Positions 86,959 through 100,834 of a DNA stretch of 248,000 nucleotides are shown here, in pieces. The DNA comes from Octopus vulgaris (taxonomy: Eukaryota). The stretch is from assembly GCA_951406725.2 (NCBI GenBank), contig OX597814.1:169156001-169404000 (forward strand), read 5' to 3'. The notes under the pieces were generated by a model. The model was not told the DNA's origin. It saw nothing but the letters and a program-made list of their open reading frames with translations, and did no database searches. The position numbers and the translations under genes are program-made. Every line of letters begins with the position of its first letter. Positions within the stretch are counted from its first letter, which is position 1.

Positions 86959-88149
86959 TGGAATAACAACAGAAAAAAGATGGTATAGGCACACACCAGA
87001 AAAGGTTACAGAAAATGAGAAAGCAACCATACTGTGGGATATGCCAATACACACAGATAGAGAAATTAAGGCCAACAGGCCAGATATAGTTGTCAGAGAT
87101 CATGAAGAAAAAAATGCTTTCTAATTGATGTATCAATACGAGCAGATGACAATGTGTCTCTAAAAGAAATGGAGAAACTTTCAAAATACAAAGACCTGGA
87201 AATAGAGATAACTTGAATGTGGAATCTAAAAACAGAAACAATTCCTATCAAAGTAGGCATATTAGGTATGATAAAAAATATTCAGACAAATACATAACAA
87301 AAACACCAGGACTCATAAACACATATAACATACAGAAAATTGCACTACTGGGCACTGCACTTAGCGGTTCGGCAAAAGAGACTGATAGAATAAGTACTAG
87401 GCTTACAAAAAATAAGTCCTGGGGTCGATTTGCTCAACTAAAGGTGGTGCTCCAGCATGGCCACAGTCACATGACTGAAACAAGTAAAAGAGTATAAGAG
87501 TAAAAGAGGTGTTTTATAATCCATCATTTTAATAAATGGCTGAGTCTGATTTAAGCAGTCTTTGGAATGGTTGAATATTACAGACCACATTAAATGCATA
87601 TGAAACGTAGCGAACATGTTCAAATTATGAGCATATGTCAGTAACAGTTATGGTAATTCTACTTGTAATTGCTAAATGACGGACATTATTTGGTGCTGCT
87701 TCAAAACCCATAAACTTCCTGACTTCAGGAAATATAAACTTTGCAGGATCAAGTGTTATGCAGTGTTTGCTGTTTAGATGAAGCCATTTGGAGACTCAGA
87801 AAATGTATTTTTCTCCAACTTGGTCAATGAATCCACATGAAAACTTCTGTCACACTACACTACAAGGAAACCTCTATAAAATATCTAGGCCTGCTAGGAA
87901 TAGCCCCTGACTCTCTTACAAATTGCACTTTGTTGTCTTAAGAAAAATAAAAGAAAACATTTCTTTAAAAATGTAGTTCAAAGAAAGCATTGAACTACAG
88001 TGTCCTGGATATACAAAAAAGACAGGCTGCTCACAGTTAAGATATCTTTGATCATAGATCTGTTTGACCAAGCTTGATTTAGAATTGAATAACAATTTAG
88101 TCTGTGGAGAATTAAGCAGCATACTGCTTACAAAATAAGAATATGGTTG

Positions 88150-88985
88150 ATTCTTTGATTGTAGGTTCATTTGTTTATAGATTAAATTTGTTGATTGGTG
88201 GTTCATTTGTTTATAGATTAAATCTTTTGATTGGTGGTCCATTTGTTTATAGATTAAATTTTTTGATTGGTGGTCCATTTGTTTATAGATTAAATTTTTT
88301 TTTATTGGTGGCCCATTTGTTTATAGATTAAATTTTTTGATTGGTGGTCCATTTGTTTATAGATTAAATTTGTTGATTGGTGGTTCATTTGTTTATAGAT
88401 TAAATTTTTTGATTGGTGGTCCATTTGTTTATAGATTAAATTTTCTGATTGGTGGTCCATTTGTTTATAGATTAAATTTTTTGATTGGTGGTCCATTTGT
88501 TTATAGATTAAATTTGTTGATTGGTGGTTCATTTGTTTATAGATTAAATTTTTTGATTGGTGGCCCATTTGTTTATAGATTAAATTTTTTGATTGGTGGT
88601 CCATTTGTTTATAGATTAAATTTGTTGATTGGTGGTTCATTTGTTTATAGATAAATTTTTTTGGATTGGTGGCCCATTTGTTTATAGATTAAATTTTTTG
88701 ATTGGTGGTCCATTTGTTTATAGATTAAATTTTTTGATTGGTGGTCCATTTGTTTATAGATAAATTTTTTTGGATTGGTGGCCCATTTGTTTATAGATTA
88801 AATTTTCTGATTGGTGGTCCATTTGTTTATAGATTAAATTTGTTGATTGGTGGTCTATTTGTTTATAGATTAAATTTTCTGATTGGTGGTCCATTTGTTT
88901 ATAGATTAAATTTTTTGATTGGTGGTCCATTTGTTTATAGATTAAATTTTTTGATTGGGGGTCCATTTGTTTATAGATTAAATTA
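88150..88985. repeat. 36-bp minisatellite, ~23 copies
   Basis: Unit gattggtggtccatttgtttatagattaaatttttt. Confidence 0.95.
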
Positions 88986-89099
88986 TTCACATTCTCATAC
89001 AACATTATATTTCTGGTTAAAGGATAAATGATGCTCAAAAAATCTGACAGTCCACAGTACCCATGTGAGGAATATAGCTGAGGAATACAAAGAGGTTAC

Positions 89100-89182
89100 C
89101 CAACACTTCAACAGTTTCTTCATCTTTGGAAGTGTTTCCAAATTGGTAGGCTAGTGATAGTCTGTAAGGATAGTCACTTGAA
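89100..89182 (-). CDS. Candidate exon (xSSDYPYRLSLAYQFGNTSKDEETVEVL)
   Basis: ttgattttccag acceptor, gtaacc donor, 83 nt open. Confidence 0.33.
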
Positions 89183-90900
89183 CTGGAAAATCAATGGTGA
89201 TTTATATAGGATTGAATTGGATTCGAAAGTCAGTTCAAATAATTAAACCAACCTATGATCAAAAGTATTGCAATCATGACCATTGTTTTTTTTGTTCTTT
89301 TTGTTTCTGGAATAGTGTGCTGTGGAGTACATTATTCAGCGCATCCTTTTCTAAGATGATTGGGTGCAGTTTAACCCTTTTGATACCAACCCACCGGAAA
89401 CCACCTCTGACTCTGTAGTACAAATGTCTTGTTTTCAAAAGTTCAGAGTTAAAATCTTCTGCCAAACCATAGTCTTTTATGTTCCTAACACTAACTTAAC
89501 CCTTTTGTTACTGTATTTATTTTGAGATGCTCTGTGTTTCTTTCAATTACTTTAAATATAACAAAGAATATAATAAAAGAACTTGGTTTTCATTCAGCTA
89601 GTGTTAGGAACATAAATTGTGACTGAGGTTTGGTGAAAGATTCTAATTAAAAATTTATGAAAACAAGACATTTGTACTCAGGGCCAGAGCCGGTTTCAGC
89701 TGGGTTGGTAATGAAAGGGTTGATGATAACTAAGTTATCTTACTCAATTCTTTGTTATATTTAAAAATTCATTGAAAGAAACACAGATTATGTCAAAAGA
89801 AATATGGTGACAAAAGGGTTAAGGGAGATTTGGTTGCTGTTTCTTACCAGTTGAACAACGACATAGGTGTATGTTGTAGTGGTGTGAGATGATGTGGAAG
89901 TTAACATTTGGAAAATGATTCCTCATCTGTATTTCATATCATGATGCTTCGTTTTTATTTTTATTTCTTCGTCTATGCAATCACATTGCTAAAGATAGTT
90001 GTGACAAAGATTACCTCATTCGCCCATACAGAAACCTTGACAACCAGGTGCAGTTTATAGTCACAGAGAAAGCAACTAGGTGCAGACATATATAAACATG
90101 TACGCTGACATGCAGACACACGTATACACATACATACTTAAGTGCCTCCAAGCTATCATGTTGTGTAGGAAATGTCAGTTATGTGAAGAAGATATTTTGC
90201 TGTGTAGAATGCATGCAAGAAATTACAATGCCATGAGACATGATGTCAATGAAATGCACACACACACACACACACATACACACATGCATACACATACACA
90301 CACATATGTAGTAACAAAAATGCTAAAAACTGCTCAATTAAACTATAGTTCATTTTATTAGTTACTCAGTTATTTTCCTTATTGGATATTTTATTTTTAA
90401 TGTTATAAATCATATATTATGGATTGTTAATCATATTTTGCTGATAACTAACTATTAAAAGATTTGATTATCAATAATCTTTTAATATGATTGTTAATGA
90501 TAAACTAAAACTACCAAAGCTAATTCAACATTCATCTTTACACAAAGTGAGATAAGCTACACGTTTATGGAGTGGTTTAATTTAAAGTTTCTAGATTTAA
90601 TAATTAAGCAATCTTTTCTGTTAATTTGATTATTAATAATAAAACTAAAACTACCACAGCATTTTTAACGTTTATCTCTGTAAAATACGATAAAACTACA
90701 GTGTGTTGATAGAATGGTTTAAATTAGTTAATAGATGTTAGGCTCAGGGAAAGGCTGTGTAGTAAGAAGTTTGCTTTCCAACAAAATGGCTCTTGGCTCA
90801 GTCCCACTGCATGACATGTTGGGTAAGTGTCTTCTACTATAGCCTCAGGCCAATCAAAGCATTATGACTGAATTTTGTAAAAGGAAGCTGTCAGAAGTCC

Positions 90901-90935
<35 letters not shown>

Positions 90936-91030
90936 CTTGACATTGCATAATAAACAAGTGTCCCTGACATGTGAGCAGTGTCTGTTTCCAGTATCCTTTG
91001 AAATCATCCCTGCCTGGTCATGGGGAAATA

Positions 91031-91593
91031 TTGGGTTGTCCGGAAAGTTTATGCCGATTTATAGCAGCTTACCTTTCGACTATTTTAGAACATGGTTGAG
91101 TCCATAAAATAGGATTTGCCTACTCTTCCATTTAGAGCACAGTTTAAGCTATCTTTTCACGGAAGAAGGTTTATGTTCCTATAACCTGTGTTAATTCTGT
91201 AACCCTAAAATGGAAGATAAGAAAGTTCATTTTCGGCACTTGATGCTTTGGGAACCAGACAAAAATTGCTGCAGCTTGGCTGGGATGTGTTACCTTACCC
91301 TCCATATTCACCAGATATTGCTCCTTCAGATTTCCACTTATTCAGGTCTCTGTAGTATAATCTTAATGGTAAAAATTTCAATTCCTTGGATGATGTAAAA
91401 AGATATCTTGATGAATTCTTTGCCATGAAACCACCTCAATTCTGGGGAGAGGGTATTTTCAAGTTAAAGGAAAGATGGAGACACAAAGTGCAACAAAATG
91501 GTTCATATTTGGTTGATTAAAAATGTAATGGCAAGTATTTCTTGACCTTTTTCTTTCCTTTAAAAATCGGCACGAACTTTCTGGACAACCCAA
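91031..91593 (+). mobile_element. Internally deleted mariner element (third copy)
   Basis: Same TIRs, TA TSD and internal sequence as the 2889 and 16940 copies. Confidence 0.85.
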
Positions 91594-92529
91594 TATTACA
91601 TTACTAGGAAACAGGTAAGTGTTGGCAAGAGGAAGAACATTCAGCTGTAGAAAATCAGCCTCAACAAATTCTCTCTGACACATGCTAGCATGGAAAAAGT
91701 GGACATTAAAATGATGATGATGATTTAATAATTGAACAGAGAGGAGTGGTGAGTTTCTAAATTTGTAGAGCAGGGAATAAAACGCCATGTGATAAGTTGT
91801 TAATTTCCCATTAAGTTGTAATTTCAAATGCCTCTGACTTCAGCTTTGACTTTTAGTTTTTCTAAAAGGAGTGAAAAAAGAAATAAAATTAAGTATTGAC
91901 TTGATTTAAGCAGCTTCTCCCAAAATTGTAAGCATGCTTTTATATATGCATGTGAGTGTATGTAATAAATATAGAATGATATCGTTTTATTCATGTGGCA
92001 TGTAATAAATATAGAATGATATTTTATTCATGTGGTTCCTTCTAGTTATGGTCATTGTACAAGGGAGATAGCCATCCCCTCACAGCACAAGGTTGGATTA
92101 GACATTTCAATTTGAAATTAAAGAATACATGGAAAAAGGTGCATAGATTTCATATATTTAAATTTTTTTTTATCTATCATGAAGTTTTTATAATTTCAAA
92201 TTTGCAACAATCATGTATATCTCTATTTTGTTCTTTTTAGAAATCTTCATCATAATTTAGTCTGTAACATACTAATTAGATATATTGCAGAGAGAGACAT
92301 TTCATTAAAATTAAAGATGAAATTAATTACAATCTGGAAGAAATTCATGGAATATATATATACTTTTATTTCATTGAACATAAGTAGTTTAAGAATGGAG
92401 AGAAAGAGAAAGACATTTTTAGTGTCTGATTCTTTTCCAACTCATGAATTCCTTAAAAATCAAAGGCTACATTTGATTTCTATAGTAGATGAAAGTGTAA
92501 ATCCATACTATGTGTAAGTCTGTAATTCT

Positions 92530-92713
92530 TACAGTTCTATATTTAAAAGATGAGGAATTATGTACATTATTTACATTATTTACATTCGACGGATATTTGT
92601 CCTCATCTTGTTTATTGTTAACACATATGGGCATTTGGCATAGTGGTTAAGAGCGTGAGCTACTAACCCCAAGATTCCGAGCTCGATTCCAAGCAGTGAC
92701 CTGAACAATAATG

Positions 92714-92744
<31 letters not shown>

Positions 92745-92981
92745 CTATTTCTTTACTACCCACAAGGGGCTAAACATAGAGAGAACAAACAAGGACAGAC
92801 AAATGGATTAAGTCGATTATATCGACCCCAGTGCATAACTGGTACTTAATTTATCGACCCCGAAAGGATGAAAGGCAAAGTTAACCTCGGCGGAATTTGA
92901 ACTCAGAATGTAACGGCAGACGAAATAGGCTACACATTTCACCTGGCGTGCTAACGGTTCTGCCAGCTTGCTACCTATTAC

Positions 92982-93030
<49 letters not shown>

Positions 93031-93180
93031 TTGAAGAATACCTTAGGAATGAGAACCCAGGTTTGAAATTTCCACAAGACACCTGGAGAAGGCTGGAGGG
93101 TATATCAGCCGTAAAGTTGTATTAACAACAAACAAGATAAGGACAAATATCCGTAGAATGTAAATAATGTAAATAATGTC
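92530..93180 (+). mobile_element. tRNA-headed, hammerhead-bearing non-autonomous element with nested family B SINE
   Basis: tRNA-like head at 92627-92705, (AAT)n, decayed core ctggagaaggctg..cagccgtaaa; cleaner copy at 194160-194500. Confidence 0.55.
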
Positions 93181-94253
93181 TGTAATTCTTAATGCAGAAA
93201 AATTTCAATCTAGTACTTGCCAATTGTACAGGGCAGCCACTGCTTATTGCAGGGGACTATATTTCCCATTATACCTTAGTACAAGGTAGTAAGCATGGAA
93301 AAGCAAGGTGTTTGATTCCATTCTTTTACTTTACAAAAATACTTAGCAATATGAAGCAACACAAAGCCCTGTCCAGTAATCTATCTGTTAGGCTTACAAG
93401 TCTCTGAAGAATACTTCCAGAATCTGTAGTTTCCAAAATGAAGTACCACAGACAAACATTCATACCCATTTTTTTCAACCAATACCCATTAACCTTATCA
93501 CACTGCCTCAAAACATACAGACAGCCTCACATGCAGGACATCACATTCCCATCCACCTAGTATTTTCCAGATTCTGGTGCACATCAACTCTGACTTCTTA
93601 AATGCCAGAGAAACCTGTCTCCAAAATACTAGTATTAAAGTAGACCTATGAAATCCAGTGTTGGATTAACCTAATAGCATGTTTAGCATAGTGGAGGCAC
93701 ATGACCTAGTAGTTAGAGCAGCAGACTCGCGGTCAAGGGATCGCAGGTTCAAATCTCAGACCAGGCAATGTGTGTGTTTATGAGCGAAACACCTAAGCTC
93801 CACGTGGCTCCAGCAGAAGGTAATGGCAAAATTCTGCTGACTCTTTCGCCAAAACTTTCTCTCACTCTTTCCTCCTGCATCTTGCAGCTCATCTTTGACA
93901 GACTGGTGTCCCATCCAGGTGGGGAACCTATACGCTAAAGAAACCGGGAAACCAGCCCTTATGAGCCAGGCATGGCTCAAGAAGGAACAAACTTGTTTAG
94001 CATATACAACACGTTCTGCATTGTTAGGCATTCTGTATCAAATACATTGAGCTGACAGAATCACTAGAGAACTGAACAAAATACTTTGTGGTATTTCTTT
94101 TAGTTCTTTATGTTCTGAGTTCAAATCCCACTGAGGTTAGCTTTACTTCTCATCCTTTGATAAAATAAAGTAACGGTCAAGTACTAGGGTTGATATAATT
94201 AACTTGTTCCTCTCCTAAAATCTCTGGCTTTGTGCCAAAATTAGAAAGAATTA

Positions 94254-94285
<32 letters not shown>

Positions 94286-97270
94286 CATCATCATCATCAT
94301 CATCATCATTATTATTAATATTATTAGTAGTAGTATTAGTATTATTATTATTAGTATTATTATTATTATCATCATCATCATCATCATCATCATCATTATT
94401 ATTATTATTATTATAGTATTTCTATTGTCTTCAAATTTTATATATAACTGAGTTTTTAAAGTTGATCCAGTATTTAGAATACTTCTAAAATTCAGTTCAG
94501 TTTGAATGTGACAAATTTCAATAATAAAATTGAATAGTGATAATTAAATGGGCAGATTTAATTTGTTTTTATCAGATGCTAATTCATATACAAAATAAAG
94601 AACTTCTAGTTCTCTATTTTGGCACATTAAACTCATCATACAGTAATTGAAATTATTATTTTTCTCATAAATAAGATCAGCTGAATGAATCAGATTATTA
94701 TTAATATATTATTGACACCTTAATGCTAACCATTCCCATTAAATCAAATCAGAATTTTTAAACAGGAAAAGAAATATTTTATAATGTATAGTTTTTATTT
94801 ATTTAACCTTCTGCTATTAAGGAAAACTCTAGTAGGAAAAAAAAAAAAGGGAAAATACAAGTTTAAATAATTAATATAGTCTCATTTTCAACCATATACT
94901 ATGAAAGCAAATTTACATTATATTAGAGATCTGCATCAGGAGAGAATATATTTAACATTTTGCATTTTAGTTGCTTAAAGTAACACTGATATTAGTGAAT
95001 TCACACAATGTTGTTGCATTTAAGCTTTATGGTTTTAGGTTTGGAAGAAGGATCCAGCTATTCAAAATCATTTTTTAATCTATCACGTCTAAGCTGCATT
95101 TTTCTTAGGTTTAACCTTCTAAATGTCACAACTCAACTAGCAAGCAGATATCAAGTTTTAGATCAAAATGATAAATAGTGGAAGACTTGCATTAAATTTG
95201 GTTACATTACACTCCTTTGCAAATTAGCCTGTAGGTACAGGAGTGGCTGTTGTGGTAAGAACCTTACTTCCCAACCACATGGTTCCGGGTTCAGTTCCAC
95301 TGTGTGGCACTTTGGGCAAATGTCTTCTTCTATAGCCTCAGACTGACCAAAGCTTTGTGAGAGGATTTCATAGATGGAAACTGAAAGAAGCCTGTTGTAT
95401 ATATATCTATGTGTGTGTGTGTGTGTATTTGTATGTCTGTGTTTGCCCCCACCCCACCATCGCTTGACAACCGATGCTGGTGTGTTTATGTCCCCATAAC
95501 TTAGCAGTTCAGTAAAAGAGACCGATAGAATAAGTACTAGGCTTACAAAGAATAAATCCTGGGGTTGATTTATTCCACCAAAGGCAGTGCTCCAGCATGG
95601 CCACAGTCAAAATAACTGAAACAAGTAAAAAGAGTAAAAAAAAGAATACTCTCTTGCACTTTTACTCTTTTACTTGTTTCAATCATTTTGATTGTGGCCA
95701 TGCTGGTGCACTGCCTTTAGTGAAACAAATCGACCCCAAGACTTATTCTTTGTAAGCCTAGTACTTATTCTATCAGTCTCTTTTGCCGAACTGCTAAGTT
95801 ACGGGGATGTAAACATACCAACATCGGTTGTCAAGCAATGGTGGGTGGGGACAAACACAGAAACGCAGACTATACACACAAATATATACATATATAGATA
95901 CATAGATACATACTCACATACATACATACATACATACATAGATACATACATTGGTATTGGTATTGGCATCCTTTCTGTCTCGGGAGACAATTGAGTTGCG
96001 CATGTTTTTTTTGTTTTTTTTGTAGTCTAGTCCGGCTTTTATATTTCATGTCCTGATACATTTTCTGCTGTGTCTGTGTAGTCCTATCCTGGACAAACAC
96101 TCCCTCTGGCAGGTACTGCAAATGTAGCGAAGACTGTTCCTGGCTGGTTGTAGTGCCATAGTCTCTTGTTTACATCTCTTCCTTTCTTTCCATTTCTCCT
96201 CTCTCTCTCTGTCACTCTTTTGTATTCCCTCTTTTACTGTACGTTGCCATTCTCCACGGTTGCCGGCAACTGCCTCCCAACCGCTAATATTGATATTGAT
96301 ACATACATACATACATACATATATACGACGGGCTTCTTTCAGTTTCAATCCACCAAATCCACTCACAAGGCTTTGGTTGGCATAAAGCTAAAGTAGAAGA
96401 CACTTGCTTGACAACCGATGTTGGCTGTTATTTCTACATGGGTGGGTGAACCATATACAAAACTTCCTCCTTGGGGCTTAATACTGCAGTTTTTGAAAGC
96501 AGTAGAATATATGATGTTACAGCAAGAAAATTATTTAATTGATGAGCATTTCGTTAACTTTTATTAGTGAACTTGATTCTGAAATCCTCCCATGGGTTTG
96601 ATGAAGGCAAAAAAAAAAAATAAATAAAAGATAAAACATCAGTGTGTGTAACTTTAATTTAATCTCAAAGTCTTCAGTTGTTCTGCTGTGACATGATAAT
96701 GCTGTAGTGTAAGTATACTACGATGACAAGAATTATTGGAAATGGAAATTTAATTCATCTGATTCAATCCTATAAACCATCTCTTCCCTTACATTTTATT
96801 TAGAGCTATCTTTCCTCTACTTACTGTCAGAAAGCCAATGCCAATGATTTCAAACAGCTAAGTATAGACTAGCACGAGACTCATGCTTTAAATGTCAGAT
96901 TTATACAATTGGTGACTAGCGTTAAATTTGTTGAAATTTCTCAAGAAGAAAAGAAAAAAAAATTGCTTTCCTAAGTTAAGTATGTTTATCAAAGATCTAC
97001 ATTGTGAGAACATGATAATATAGTTTGTTATCCTTTTATTCTTTTACTTGTTTCAGTCGTTTGACTGCGGCCATGCTGGAGCACTGCCGTAAAGGGGTTT
97101 TTTTAGTTGAAGAAATCTATCCCATGACTTATTCTTTGTAAGCCTAGTACTTATTCTATCAGTCTCTTTTGCCGAAGTGGTAAGTTACGGGGGATGTAAA
97201 CACGCCAACACAAAGACACACTCATGCCAGCATGAAAGGCGAATGTTAAATGATGATGATGATATATATG

Positions 97271-97307
<37 letters not shown>

Positions 97308-97341
97308 AAAAAAATTTTTTTCACAATTATAATTTATTAAA

Positions 97342-97454
97342 TTCTCTGAAGAGGCCGTGGGGCATCCTTGTTAATGTCTCATTTATACCTGCCTTATATG
97401 GCTTATAGGTTAAATGAGGCATGATTGCCCTTACTGCCGAAACAGCTGTCAGAT
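97342..97454 (+). ncRNA. Type I hammerhead ribozyme motif with long stem II
   Basis: TCT-CTGAAGA-GGC...GCC-GAAAC-AGCT-GTC-AGA; GUC site. Confidence 0.65.
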
Positions 97455-99629
97455 ATGATATAATTACATATTATATTTTATATTTTATATTTCTATTTCC
97501 TTGTCTAATTATATTTACAATATATTTTGTATAATGCCTTTACTGTTATGTAATGGTGTAATAAAGTATTGATTGGGTATCATCTGTTGGTTGATGTTTG
97601 ATTGATTTAAGTATGTTTCTCCATTTTCTAATTTTGTATATATATATATATATATATGTATATGTATATATATAAATATAAGAGAGTAACCACTATGTGG
97701 TCGACTCTAGCACTAAAAATAGATCCGCTAGGTTTCAGCCACAAAGAATTGTTTCTGATGAAAGTTAGCACGACTACTAGCGCAAACGAACAGGGCAAAT
97801 AAAAATAACAAAAATGCAGAAAACCTAGCGGATCTATTTTTAGTGCTAGAGTTGACCACATAGTGGTTACTCTCTTATATTTATGTATAAAATTTATCGT
97901 AATCCAGGTTTTTATGCACTAAGCCACTTGGTGTTAAATGGATGTACTATTAAATTAGTATCCAATTTTCTCACCCTTATTAGTTTATATGTATATATAT
98001 ATAATAATGGCCTTCTTTCAGTTTCCATCTACCAAATCCACTCACAAGGTTTTGGTCAACCTGAGGCTATAATTGAAGACACTTGCTGAAGGTGCCATAC
98101 AGTGGGACTGAACCCAGAACCATGTGTTGGAAACAAGCTTCTTACCACACAACCATGCCTGTGCCTATATTGGTTGTTTTACTTTTGCACTTTTTTCTTT
98201 TAAAATGATAGAAAAGTTGATTTAAAAGAGGGAAAGATGATATGGGGTGGGGTTGGGTGATAATGTGAAACCCACCATATTTGTGTATATAAAATTAATG
98301 TTGTTAGTTAACTTTTGCAATTCATCTCCATGATGATCATTAAGCAAGTACCAATAATATACTGAAGGATAGTTGGCTGTATGCTTCTGTCAAAACCTAT
98401 AGCTTTATGCCTATATTTAAAATCATTATTTTCTTTAGCTCATTTCACTGATGAATTCTAACATTCCTAGGGACAATTTTTAATTGCCATTTGTCTTGGG
98501 TGTTGACAAAATAGGTACCAAGTGAATAAATACTTAGGTCAACTTGACAAATTAAACCTGTCTTTATGAATTTGTATCCCTGAAAGTGCAAGTATGTCTG
98601 AGTAGATGCAGAGTTCCTTCTACAGTTAAGGAGTGACTCTTCCTCACACAGCTGTCTTCATTCATACATAACACATGGTTATACCAGTGCAGCCGCTTCT
98701 CTTGCACACCACATTTGATGCTTCTCATGCCCAACTTTTCTCTCAGGGCGCTTACACTCTGTCATGTATGCACACTGACATTACACATCCAGGGGATCAT
98801 ACTAGCTTCATTTCTTTCATTTCTACGCATGTCCTCAGCATTCAAGGCCCATGTTTCAGTGCTGTGTAGCATGGCAGTTTGCACACATGCATCATACAGT
98901 TTACCTTTCACCCTGAGTGAGAAGCCCTTAGTTGCCAGCAGAAGTAGGAGCTCCCTGCACTTTGCCCAAGCTATTCTTACTCTAGTCACTACACTCTCAG
99001 AGCAACTGCCCCTAATACAGACTTGGTTGCCTAGGTAGCAGAAGCTATTAACTGCTTATAGTTTCTCCCCGTGGCATGTAATGGAATCTGTTTTCTATAC
99101 ATCTTCAGTGTTTATTGCCCCAGTGCATCTGCCATACGTAAAAACTATTCACCGTTTTCTATTTGTCTGTCTGTCTCCCTCTTCCACTTTTACTCTCTCT
99201 CATTGCTCACACGTGACCATCGTCCATCTTTCCTTTCCTCATGTGATCATCTTTCTTTTCCTTCAGTCTGTCATACAGACCAGACGCATTCTTATCTGTC
99301 TCCTTTTCTATCTTTTCTCTTGTCAAAGAATATTCCTCCAGTGTTTGTTACCTTACCTCGTCTGGCCCTCCATGTTTGTTTTCATTTGGTTTGTCATATG
99401 TCTCCACTGTCCTGTTTTTGTTACCAACTTTGACCCTCCGCAAATCCCAAATTTTATTTTGCTTTGCGAGAGCAACTGTTTTATGAAGCCTCATATTGTC
99501 GTTAATTGCTCGAAATCTTTCTTTATGTTACTTGTTTTGTTTTCCATTTATTTCTCTCATTGTTCTAATTCCCAAGTTTGCCTTCGTATTTCATGTTGTT
99601 TACGTTTTGTGACGTCCTGTATCCATATA

Positions 99630-99698
<69 letters not shown>

Positions 99699-99865
99699 AA
99701 AAACGGTAAGATAACAAAAGAAAGAAAGAGACCTCAATATTATGTAAATAGAGGAAATTTATCCGTAAAATAACCGAAGAGATGGTATTGTGGATTTCCA
99801 CCTCGGCATCCAAATCTCAGAGTTTTATCTTGGCTATTGAATAATTGTCACATATTATTTTACAG

Positions 99866-99896
<31 letters not shown>

Positions 99897-99955
99897 TGTA
99901 AGTATGTACATATATGTATGCAAATATGTATATATATTTATTTATATAATTATAT

Positions 99956-100068
<113 letters not shown>

Positions 100069-100699
100069 ATATATTTGTATCATCATCATCATCATCGTTT
100101 ATAGATATATATGTGTATGTATATGTGTATAAATTTGTGTGTGTATATGTGTATACATTTGTGTCTGTATGTATATGTGTACACGTTTGTGTATGTGTGT
100201 GTGTATATATATGTATAAATATACAAACACACACGCACACACACATATATATGTTTGTGTATGTGTCTACATGTGTGTGTGTCTGCGTGTGTATGTATAC
100301 ACACACACACACACTTACACGAGGGCTTCAGGTCCTAGACCAGCTGATGCATTGTGTTCAGCTCACGTTGCTTTGCAATTACTTTTGACGTGTGACATAT
100401 CGTATACTGTGCACCTGGTCAGGTAACATAGAATTGATGGAGGGAGTGAATTCCATCAAATACACTGCACATGTAAGTCAAGGAACCAGCTTTATTGCAC
100501 GTTGTGTTAAATTAAATCTGTGCATAATATTGAGTATCACATTCAGTACAAACATTTTATCACTATAAACAAAATTGTTTGTGTAGTTTGTTCAGCAAGA
100601 AATTGTAGAATCATATGTCTTGGATCACTAGAAACTCTAGTACTTATGCATAATATATTCTATATATATCCTAGATTTGTGTGTGTGTATATGTATATT

Positions 100700-100815
<116 letters not shown>

Positions 100816-100834
100816 CAAGAGAGTGACCATGTGG

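Noticed and set aside
87916-89038. MDHQSKNLIYKQ repeat as a reflectin-like protein
   Set aside because: Lacks reflectin M/F-D-X5 motifs rich in Y, R and W, and the frame is broken by T-run indels.
96825-96939. Strong acceptor/donor pair on the minus strand
   Set aside because: All three frames contain stops. It could be non-coding, but there is no support for calling it.
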